Assembly (NCBI RefSeq): GCF_042660085.1
Contig: NZ_JBHSTI010000063.1
Location: 1 to 5,882 of the forward strand
DNA length: 5,882 nt
Reading direction: 5' to 3'
From: Longivirga aurantiaca
GTDB taxonomy: Bacteria; Actinomycetota; Actinomycetes; S36-B12; CAIYMF01
A program made the position numbers and the translations under genes. The first letter of the stretch is position 1; every line of letters starts with the position of its first letter. The notes beneath the pieces are model-generated. The model searched no databases. It worked only from the letters and a program-made list of their open reading frames with translations, and was not told the origin of the DNA. Positions 1 through 5,882 of this stretch are shown here, piece after piece.

Positions 1-482
1 GGGCCTCGGTCGTGCGGTCGGCGTCCGACCTGCCCGGCGCGATGATGGCGTCGTTCGCGTACGGCGACACCGCGCTCATCGAGCGGTTCGTCACCGGCAC
101 CGAGGTGGCGGTCTCGGTGGTCGACGACGGCAGCGGCCCCCGCGCCCTCCCCGTGGTGGAGATCGTGCCGGACGGCGGCTTCTACGACTACGGCGCGCGC
201 TACACCGCCGGGGCGACCGAGTTCTTCGTGCCCGCGCGGCTCTCGGACGACGTGCTCGCCGCCTGCGCCGACGCGGCGACCACGGTGCACACCACCCTCG
301 GGCTGCGGCACTGGTCGCGCGTCGACCTGATCGTCGACTCCGAGGGCACGCCGTGGTTCCTGGAGGTGAACGTCGCCCCCGGCATGACCGAGACCTCGAC
401 GTACCCCCAGGCCGTGGCGGCAGCCGGCCTCGACCTCGGCGAGCTGGTGGCCGGTCTCGTGAAGCAGGCGGTCGAGGGCTGA
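1..482 (+). CDS. ddl: D-alanine--D-alanine ligase-like ATP-grasp protein, C-terminal part (5' truncated by window edge; in-frame codons from nt 3)
   Basis: The frame is open from the window edge to TGA at 480-482. Ddl/ATP-grasp C-terminal motifs are visible: EIVPDGGFYDYGARY, SRVDLIVDSEGTPWFLEVNVAPGMTETSTYPQAVAAAGLD. The ligase family is recognisable, but paralogue identity is not proven. Confidence 0.87.
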   Translation, partial: ASVVRSASDLPGAMMASFAYGDTALIERFVTGTEVAVSVVDDGSGPRALPVVEIVPDGGFYDYGARYTAGATEFFVPARLSDDVLAACADAATTVHTTLGLRHWSRVDLIVDSEGTPWFLEVNVAPGMTETSTYPQAVAAAGLDLGELVAGLVKQAVEG

Positions 483-484
483 TT

Positions 485-506
485 CCCCTTGCGCTTCTAG
501 GGGTTT
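485..506. terminator. possible weak hairpin between the convergent ddl-like gene and parB
   Basis: CCCCT (485-489) and AGGGG (499-503) form a 5-bp stem with a 9-nt loop, followed by TTT, in the 33-nt gap between convergent stop codons. Confidence 0.25.
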
Positions 507-515
507 CGGCGGTAA

Positions 516-1553
516 CTAGCCGCGGTCGATGATGTCGACGATGCGGCGGAGGTCGTCGAGGGTCGCGAACTCGATCGACACCTTGCCCTTGCTCTTGCCG
601 GCCTCGACCTTCACCCGGGTCTCGAGGCGGTCCGACAGCCGGCTCGCGATGTCGTCCAGGCCCGGCATCGACGGCGTGCGCGGGCGCGAGACGCGCACCC
701 GCTCGCGGCCGTCGGCCTCGCCGACCGCCACGATCTCCTCGACCGAGCGCACCGACAGGCCCTCGGCCACGATGCGGGTGGCGAGGCGGTCCATGGCGTC
801 GGTGTCGTCGAGGGCCAGCAGGGCGCGGGCGTGGCCGGCCGAGAGGACACCCGCGGCGACGCGGCGCTGCACGGGTGCGGGCAGGCGCAGCAGGCGCAGC
901 GTGTTGCTCACCTGCGGACGGCTGCGGCCGATGCGGGCGGCGAGCTCCTCCTGCGTGCAGCCGAAGTCGTCGAGCAGCTGCTGGTAGGCCGCGGCCTCCT
1001 CGAGCGCGTTGAGCTGGGCGCGGTGGAGGTTCTCGAGCAGGGCGTCGCGCAGGAGCACGTCGTCCGCGGTCTCGCGGATGATCGCCGGGATGCGCTCGAG
1101 GCCGGCGAGGCGGCTCGCGCGCCAGCGGCGCTCGCCCGCCACGAGCTCGAACGGCACGGCCGAGTCGGGGCCGGCCGGGCGGACGACGACCGGCTGCAGC
1201 AGGCCGATCTCCTTGATCGAGAAGACGAGCTCGGAGAGCGCCTCCTCCTCGAACACCTCGCGCGGCTGGCGCGGGTTGGGCGTGATGTCGTCGAGCGGGA
1301 TCTCGGCGTACCGGACCCCCGCGACGTCCTGCAGCGAGGAGTCGTCCGCCGGCACGGGGGCGGCGGAGAAGAAGGCGTCGACCGGGTGCGGGTCGGTGGC
1401 GTTGGCGGCCACCTGCACGGCGGGCACGGGCGGGGCGTCGCGCGAGCCGGTGAGGTCGGCGGCGTCGGTGCCCTCGGGCGATCCTGCCTCCGGCTTGGGC
1501 GCGCTGGGGATGAGCGCCCCGAGCCCACGACCGAGCCCACGTCGCTGGTTCAC
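516..1553 (-). CDS. parB: chromosome partitioning protein ParB (CTPase/parS-binding)
   Basis: The N-terminus is [17 protein letters not shown]. The ParB CTPase motif GERRWRAS, the HTH segment [26 protein letters not shown] and [12 protein letters not shown] are present. The GTG at 1551-1553 preceded by a purine-rich AGGAAGGGAG is preferred over the longer tracked start at 1607. Stop TAG is at 516-518. Confidence 0.95.
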   Translation of the reverse strand: MNQRRGLGRGLGALIPSAPKPEAGSPEGTDAADLTGSRDAPPVPAVQVAANATDPHPVDAFFSAAPVPADDSSLQDVAGVRYAEIPLDDITPNPRQPREVFEEEALSELVFSIKEIGLLQPVVVRPAGPDSAVPFELVAGERRWRASRLAGLERIPAIIRETADDVLLRDALLENLHRAQLNALEEAAAYQQLLDDFGCTQEELAARIGRSRPQVSNTLRLLRLPAPVQRRVAAGVLSAGHARALLALDDTDAMDRLATRIVAEGLSVRSVEEIVAVGEADGRERVRVSRPRTPSMPGLDDIASRLSDRLETRVKVEAGKSKGKVSIEFATLDDLRRIVDIIDRG

Positions 1554-1649
1554 CCTGCCGCTCCCTTCCTCGCCGTGCCTCCGGTGCGTGACCCTACCTG
1601 CCGACACCGACCGCGCCCGCGCTGCGGGTGGTCGGCCGCTGCTGCGGTG

Positions 1650-2678
1650 CTATCTGGCTTCAGGCGCCGCAGAAGCTGGTGCTGGGGACCCGTACCCGCC
1701 TCCAGGCAGCACCTGGCGGGCCAGTTCGCGAGCCGCCTCGAGGTAGGAGAGCGCCCCGCTGCTGCCCGGGTCGTAGGTCATGACCGTCTGCCCGTACGAC
1801 GGCGCCTCGGACACGCGCACCGAGCGCGGGATGGCCGTGCGCAGGACGCGCTCGCCGAAGTGGCTGCGCACCTCCTCGGCCACCTGGGCGGCCAGGCGGG
1901 TGCGGGCGTCGTACATCGTGAGCAGGATCGTCGAGACGTGCAGCGTGGGGTTGAGCTCCTCGGTGACGAGGCCGACCGTGCGCAGCAGCTGGCCCAGGCC
2001 CTCGAGCGCGTAGTACTCGCACTGGATGGGGATCAGCACCTCGTCGGCGCAGACGAGCGCGTTGAGGGTGAGCAGGCCGAGGCTGGGCGGGCAGTCGATG
2101 AGCACGTAGTCGAGCCGGCCGTGCGCCTGCTCGTGCACCCCGATGTACGCCGCGACTGCCTTGCGCAGCTTGTGCTCGCGGGCCACGGACGACACGAGCT
2201 CGATCTCGGCGCCGGCGAGGTCGAGGGTGGCTGGAGCGCACCAGAGGCCGTCGTGGTCGACGACAGGCACGACCACCTCGACGAGGGGGCGGCCCTCGAT
2301 GAGCACGTCATAGATGCTCGGGATCTCGGCGTGGTGCTCGACCGACAGCGCGGTGGACGCGTTGCCCTGGGGGTCGAGGTCGATCACGAGCACCTCGAGG
2401 CCCTGCAGGGCGAGGGCTGCCGCCAGGTTGACCGTGGACGTCGTCTTGCCGACGCCGCCCTTCTGGTTGGCCACGGTGAGCACGCGCGGGCGCGGCGGCT
2501 TGGGGAGGTCCTCGCCGAACCTGCGGTGCTTCACGGCCACGGCCACCTCGGCCGCCCGGGCGAGCGGGGTGTCGAAGATGGATTCCTCGGCGTCGGCGGG
2601 CGTCTGCACCTCAGCCTCAGCCTGGGGCTCGACCGAACCCTCGACCTCGGCCGTCGCGAGGGGCTGCTCGGTGCTCAT
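1650..2678 (-). CDS. parA: chromosome partitioning ATPase ParA (Soj-type)
   Basis: The deviant Walker A is VANQKGGVGKTTSTVNLAAALA. Also present are DLDPQGNAST, YVLIDCPPSLGLLTLNAL and IPIQCEYYALEGLGQLLRT. ATG at 2676-2678 follows GGAAGGAGG (2686-2694) at 7-nt spacing, which supports this start over the tracked start at 2795. Confidence 0.96.
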   Translation of the reverse strand: MSTEQPLATAEVEGSVEPQAEAEVQTPADAEESIFDTPLARAAEVAVAVKHRRFGEDLPKPPRPRVLTVANQKGGVGKTTSTVNLAAALALQGLEVLVIDLDPQGNASTALSVEHHAEIPSIYDVLIEGRPLVEVVVPVVDHDGLWCAPATLDLAGAEIELVSSVAREHKLRKAVAAYIGVHEQAHGRLDYVLIDCPPSLGLLTLNALVCADEVLIPIQCEYYALEGLGQLLRTVGLVTEELNPTLHVSTILLTMYDARTRLAAQVAEEVRSHFGERVLRTAIPRSVRVSEAPSYGQTVMTYDPGSSGALSYLEAARELARQVLPGGGYGSPAPASAAPEAR

Positions 2679-2848
2679 GCGGGCCCCTCCTTCCGGGTGT
2701 CGGTGTCGGTCGTGCGATCCGCAGTCTGGTGGGGAGCGGGGTCCGGGGGCCAACCCAGGCCGCTGGGGCTCGTGCGCGGGGCGGCCAGCGGCCACCCGAG
2801 CCCGGGCGCCGCACCGGTCGGTGCTGCGCTGCTGGAGGGCGTGCTCAT
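2675..2848 (-). CDS. putative small protein (57 aa) of unknown function, translationally coupled between rsmG and parA
   Basis: ATG at 2846-2848 overlaps the rsmG stop (ATGA 2845-2848). The stop at 2675-2677 overlaps the parA ATG (ATGA 2675-2678). GGAAGG at 2856-2861 is a Shine-Dalgarno with 7-nt spacing. Product: MSTPSSSAAPTGAAPGLGWPLAAPRTSPSGLGWPPDPAPHQTADRTTDTDTRKEGPA. It is the 3' part of tracked ORF 2675..3358. Confidence 0.5.
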   Translation of the reverse strand: MSTPSSSAAPTGAAPGLGWPLAAPRTSPSGLGWPPDPAPHQTADRTTDTDTRKEGPA

Positions 2849-3531
2849 CGCGATCCCTTCCGCCGTCCGGCGGTCATCCGGACCACCCGCACCACGGTGG
2901 TGGGCGGGTCGACCACGCCGGCGCCGCAGGTGAGCACTTCGGCATTGCCGCCGCCCACCTTCTCCAGCGCCACCAGGGAGGCTGCGACCTCCTCGGCCGC
3001 CCCCTCCCCCTTGAGCGCCAGCAGGACTCCCCCTGCCCGGGCGTGCGGGAGGGTCCAGCCGGCGAGCCGATCCAGGGGCGCCACCGCACGGGCGGTGACG
3101 ACATCGACCGACAGGCTGACGTCCTCGGCGCGGCCGCGCAGCACCTCCACCCGGCCGGCGAGGCCGAGAGCCTCGACCGCCTCGGAGAGGAACGTCGCGC
3201 GCCGCAGGAGCGGCTCGACGAGCACCACGGAGAGGTCCGGGCGCACCAGCGCGAGCGGGAGGCCGGGCAGGCCTGCCCCCGACCCGACGTCGGCCACGCT
3301 CGATCCCTGGGGCACGAGCTCCTCGAGCACCGCGCAGTTCGCCACGTGCCGGCTCCACAGCCGCGCGGTCTCGCGCGGGCCGATGAGGCCGCGCACCACG
3401 CCGTCACCGGCGAGGAGGTCGGCGTACGCCGCCAGCCCCGCGGCCGCAGCCGGGTAGCGCTCCGCCAGCCGGGCCTGCACCTCACGGTCGGCCGGCTCAC
3501 GGGAGTCCTCCCCCGGATGCACGTCGGTCAC
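2845..3531 (-). CDS. rsmG: 16S rRNA (guanine-N7) methyltransferase RsmG (GidB)
   Basis: SAM-binding motif VADVGSGAGLPGLPLALVRPDLSVVLVEPLLRRATFL and DVVTARAVAPLDRLAGWTLP are typical of RsmG, and it sits next to parA. The exact start is uncertain: GTG at 3529-3531 has only a weak upstream Shine-Dalgarno. Confidence 0.94.
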   Translation of the reverse strand: MTDVHPGEDSREPADREVQARLAERYPAAAAGLAAYADLLAGDGVVRGLIGPRETARLWSRHVANCAVLEELVPQGSSVADVGSGAGLPGLPLALVRPDLSVVLVEPLLRRATFLSEAVEALGLAGRVEVLRGRAEDVSLSVDVVTARAVAPLDRLAGWTLPHARAGGVLLALKGEGAAEEVAASLVALEKVGGGNAEVLTCGAGVVDPPTTVVRVVRMTAGRRKGSR

Positions 3532-3547
3532 GGTGTCGTCGGCCTGC

Positions 3548-4060
3548 TCAGGCCGACGGCAGGACGACGACGTAGCGGTGGGGCTCGACGCCCTCGGACT
3601 CGCTGGTGAGGCCCGCGGCGGCGACAGCGTCGTGGACGACCTTGCGCTCGAAGGGGCTCATCGGCTCGAGGCGCACGGCCTCGCCGCTCTCCTTCGCACG
3701 GGCGGACGCCTCGCTGCCGAGCGCGGTGAGCTGCTCGCGGCGGGCAGCGCGGTGGCCGGCCACGTCGAGCATGAGGCGCGAGCGCTCGCCGGTCTCGCGG
3801 GTGACCGCGAGGCGGGTGAGCTCCTGGAGGGCATCGAGGACCTTGCCGTCCTGGCCGACGAGGTGCTCGATGTCGCCCCCGACGATGCTCACGAGGGCAC
3901 GGTCGCCCTCGACGTCCATGTCGATGTCGCCGTCGAGATCGGCGATGTCGAGCAGGCCCTCGAGGTAGTCGGCGGCGATGTCACCCTCGCGCTCGAGGGC
4001 GTTGGCCTTTGTTTCACGGGAAACGGGGGCCTCGGTGGTGGTGTCGGTCGTGTCGCTCAT
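3548..4060 (-). CDS. jag: Jag/KhpB-type RNA-binding protein (KH-II + R3H domains)
   Basis: KH-like segment VEGDRALVSIVGGDIEHLVGQDGKVLDALQELTRLAV is followed by an R3H-like segment EPMSPFERKVVHDAVAAAGLTSESEGVEPHRYVVVLPS. It lies between yidC and rsmG. ATG at 4058-4060 (MSDTTDTTTEAP) is the preferred start. Confidence 0.92.
   Translation of the reverse strand: MSDTTDTTTEAPVSRETKANALEREGDIAADYLEGLLDIADLDGDIDMDVEGDRALVSIVGGDIEHLVGQDGKVLDALQELTRLAVTRETGERSRLMLDVAGHRAARREQLTALGSEASARAKESGEAVRLEPMSPFERKVVHDAVAAAGLTSESEGVEPHRYVVVLPSA
4010..4025 (+). promoter_or_regulatory. parS-like site 1 (inside jag coding sequence)
   Basis: TGTTTCACGGGAAACG compared with the well-known bacterial parS consensus TGTTTCACGTGAAACA: 14 of 16 identical. 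Confidence 0.82.
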
Positions 4061-4079
4061 GAGTCGTCTTTCTGGCTCG

Positions 4080-4119
4080 GGTGCCCGGGGCACCGGACGA
4101 TCAGGTGCGGGGCGCACCT
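4080..4119. other. two adjacent compact inverted repeats upstream of jag
   Basis: GGTGCC-CGG-GGCACC (4080-4094, 6-bp stem, 3-nt loop) and AGGTGCG-GGG-CGCACCT (4103-4119, 7-bp stem, 3-nt loop). Both are perfect. Confidence 0.5.
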
Positions 4120-4129
4120 CGGGTTCGGG

Positions 4130-4145
4130 TGTTTCACGGGAAACC
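4130..4145 (+). promoter_or_regulatory. parS-like site 2 (yidC-jag intergenic)
   Basis: TGTTTCACGGGAAACC: 14 of 16 identical to the parS consensus TGTTTCACGTGAAACA. Confidence 0.82.
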
Positions 4146-4170
4146 TGGAGACGCAGCCCTCAGGGCGGCG

Positions 4171-4186
4171 TGTTTCACGGGAAACG
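4171..4186 (+). promoter_or_regulatory. parS-like site 3 (immediately 3' of yidC stop)
   Basis: TGTTTCACGGGAAACG: 14 of 16 identical to the parS consensus. It ends 1 nt before the yidC stop codon complement (4188-4190). Confidence 0.82.
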
Positions 4187-4187
4187 G

Positions 4188-5201
4188 TCAGGCGGTCGGT
4201 TCTGGCTCAGGCGTGCCGGGCTCGCGCGGGGTGTCGCCCGTGCTCGACTGGCCCTGCTGCCCCGGCTGGCCGGCCTGCCCTGGCTGCTTCTTCTGCCGGG
4301 TGCTGCGGGTCTGCTTCTTGGGCTGCTGGCGCGGAGCGGGGGGAGCGACGGTCGGGGGCGGCGGGGCCTCGGGGTCGACGCCGCCGTTCTTCTTGGCGCG
4401 CTTGGCCGCCTCGCGCCTCTCCCAGGCCTCGTACGCCGGGGTGTCGGGCTGCGGGTTGTTGCGGATCACGTAGAACTGCTGGCCCATCGACCACAGGTTC
4501 GTGGTGAGCCAGTAGATGAGGACGCCGACGGGGAAGTTGATGCCCGTGACGGCGAAGATCACCGGGAAGACGTACAGCAGGATCTTCTGCTGCTGCACCA
4601 TCGGGTTGTCCTTGGCGCTGTTCTTCACGATCAGCTGGCGCTGGGTGAGGAACGTCGTGATCGTCATGAGGATGATGAGGACCGCGGTCAGGATGCGCGT
4701 CGCGGTCGGGTTGGGCGTCTCGTCCGCACCCATGAAATAGGCGTAGATGGGGACGCCGAAGAGCTCGGCGTTCTGCGCCTGCTCCACGAGCTCAGGGGTG
4801 AGCACACCCTTGGCCTGGCCCATGGCGATGCCCTGCAGCACCTGGAACAGCGCGAAGAAGATGGGCGCCTGGGCCAGGATCGGCAGGCACGACGACAGCG
4901 GGTTGGTGCCCGTGTCCTTGTAGAGCGCCATCATCTCCTGGCTCTGGCGCTCGCGGTCGCCCGCGTACTTGGCCTGGATCTCCTTGATCTTCGGCTGCAG
5001 CAGCTGCATGTTGCGCTGGCTCTTGATCTGCCGGACGAACAGCGGGATCAGGAGGATGCGGATCACGATCACGAGGCCGACGATCGCGAAGGCCCAGGCC
5101 CAGCCCGAGCTCTCACCGAAGATCAGGCCCGTGACCTTGTGGAACTGGACGAGGACCCAGCTGACGGCGTACTCGAGCCAGTTGAGGGGATTCCAGTTCA
5201 C
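4188..5201 (-). CDS. yidC: membrane protein insertase YidC
   Basis: Hydrophobic YidC/Oxa1 core: [83 protein letters not shown], and [40 protein letters not shown] start at 5199-5201 with CGGAG upstream. Confidence 0.97.
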   Translation of the reverse strand: MNWNPLNWLEYAVSWVLVQFHKVTGLIFGESSGWAWAFAIVGLVIVIRILLIPLFVRQIKSQRNMQLLQPKIKEIQAKYAGDRERQSQEMMALYKDTGTNPLSSCLPILAQAPIFFALFQVLQGIAMGQAKGVLTPELVEQAQNAELFGVPIYAYFMGADETPNPTATRILTAVLIILMTITTFLTQRQLIVKNSAKDNPMVQQQKILLYVFPVIFAVTGINFPVGVLIYWLTTNLWSMGQQFYVIRNNPQPDTPAYEAWERREAAKRAKKNGGVDPEAPPPPTVAPPAPRQQPKKQTRSTRQKKQPGQAGQPGQQGQSSTGDTPREPGTPEPEPTA

Positions 5202-5596
5202 GCGGCACTCCGGTCGGTGGTGGGGTCGCCAGGCGTGCCGGCGCTAGGGGGGTTCGGGGGAGCGATCTCGCTCGGAAGGTCGTCCCGGCTGGTGAGCGGG
5301 ACGTAGGGCTCGGGCTTCCAGGCGCCCTTCGCGGGAACGTGGTCGACGCCGCCGGGGTTCCACGGGTGGCAGCGGCAGAGCCGGGAGGTCGCGAGCACCG
5401 TGCCCTTGGTGGCACCGTGCACCCGGATCGCCTCGAGGGCGTACGACGAGCACGAGGGGTAGAACCGGCAGCGCTGCCCGAGCATCGGGCTGATGAGACG
5501 TCGGTAGCCGACGATCAGACCGGTGAGCAGCAGGCCGAGGGCCCGGCCGACGGTCGCGCCGAGGAACCGGCGTACCGCAGAGACGGCAGCGGTCAT
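5198..5596 (-). CDS. yidD: membrane protein insertion efficiency factor YidD
   Basis: Hallmark sequence [62 protein letters not shown]. It overlaps the yidC start by 4 nt (GTGA) and the rnpA stop by 4 nt (ATGA). Confidence 0.97.
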   Translation of the reverse strand: MTAAVSAVRRFLGATVGRALGLLLTGLIVGYRRLISPMLGQRCRFYPSCSSYALEAIRVHGATKGTVLATSRLCRCHPWNPGGVDHVPAKGAWKPEPYVPLTSRDDLPSEIAPPNPPSAGTPGDPTTDRSAA

Positions 5597-5882
5597 GGGG
5601 CAGCACCCGCAGCTGCGGTCTCCGAGCGCAGGGACGCCTTGCGCAGCGCGCTGGCCAGCGCTCCGTCGAGATCGACGGCGAGCTCGACCGAGGTGGCGCG
5701 GGCGGAGTCGGGCAGCGCCCGCACGACCACGCTCGACCCGACCGGGAGGTCGCCGAGGCGGGGGGCCATGAGGTGCCGGAGCTTGCGGGCGACGGCGTGG
5801 CGCACGACGGAGCCGCCGACGGCCTTGCTCACGACGAATCCCGCCCGCGGGCTCTGCCCGGGGCGGGATGAAGGGGCGGTGT
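5593..5882 (-). CDS. rnpA: ribonuclease P protein component RnpA (N-terminus beyond the right window edge)
   Basis: The frame stays open past the tracked start at 5832 to the window edge and reads [60 protein letters not shown]. The RNase P protein signature ([19 protein letters not shown]) is clear. Confidence 0.93.
   Translation of the reverse strand, partial: TAPSSRPGQSPRAGFVVSKAVGGSVVRHAVARKLRHLMAPRLGDLPVGSSVVVRALPDSARATSVELAVDLDGALASALRKASLRSETAAAGAAP

Noticed and set aside
1554-1649. Possible parB promoter or regulatory element in the 96-nt parA-parB gap (TAGGGT on minus strand)
   Set aside because: No convincing -35 partner at proper spacing, and the hexamer match is weak. I cannot separate it from background.
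2679-2795. N-terminal extension of parA as tracked (MAAGRPAHEPQRPG...)
   Set aside because: A strong Shine-Dalgarno at 7-nt spacing precedes ATG 2678, which overlaps the upstream ORF stop. The extension is a different frame of the small ORF region.
831-2933. 700-aa plus-strand ORF spanning parB and parA
   Set aside because: It is antisense to two unmistakable genes. The low-complexity R/G/A/V/H/L-rich translation has no recognisable domain. Long antisense frames are expected at this GC content.
2874-3500. Minus-strand 208-aa ORF inside rsmG in an alternative frame with a strong GGGGGAGG before its GTG
   Set aside because: The Shine-Dalgarno-like sequence is tempting, but the product is Arg/Ser/Trp-rich frame-shadow sequence. 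The overlapping rsmG frame has clear methyltransferase motifs.
2314-3609. Plus-strand ORF of 431 aa opposite parA N-terminus and rsmG
   Set aside because: Antisense shadow of established genes with no domain support.
3548-4187. AVTRET in Jag as a fourth parS
   Set aside because: The peptide resembles VSRET, but the underlying DNA (CGGTCTCGCGGGTGACCG on plus strand) does not match parS.
4081-4473. Plus-strand 130-aa ORF starting in the yidC-jag spacer
   Set aside because: Mostly antisense to yidC. Its N-terminal third translates hairpin and parS DNA, and the product has no recognisable motif.
3533-4507. Plus-strand ORF of 324 aa opposite jag and the end of yidC
   Set aside because: Antisense shadow of well-supported genes, with no recognisable fold. 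Its repeated VSRET strings come from parS-like DNA.
3978-5306. Plus-strand ORF of 442 aa opposite yidC
   Set aside because: Antisense shadow of yidC with no family signature and composition dominated by mirrored codon bias.
1-5882. Novel defence, mobile or biosynthetic system
   Set aside because: No transposase, integrase, phage, toxin-antitoxin, nuclease or CRISPR signatures were found. The gene order matches the conserved rnpA-yidD-yidC-jag-rsmG-parA-parB cluster.

Overview
This window is high-GC actinobacterial-type chromosomal DNA covering the conserved origin-proximal cluster. All genes except the leftmost are on the minus strand. In transcription order they are rnpA (N-terminus beyond the right edge), yidD, yidC, jag/khpB, rsmG, parA and parB. 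Convergent to them at the left edge is the C-terminal part of a D-Ala-D-Ala ligase-like ATP-grasp protein. I see no mobile element, CRISPR array, defence system or RNA gene. Four points merit a second look. (1) An unannotated 57-codon ORF (2675-2848, minus) sits exactly between rsmG and parA, with ATGA overlaps at both ends, a 7-nt-spaced Shine-Dalgarno and a duplicated GLGWP motif. (2) Three parS-like sites around the jag/yidC junction share one non-palindromic variant, TGTTTCACGGGAAAC. (3) One of these is embedded in jag codons as VSRET. (4) The yidC-jag intergenic region holds compact hairpins next to two parS-like sites. The long plus-strand ORFs look like antisense shadows of the real genes, as expected at high GC.
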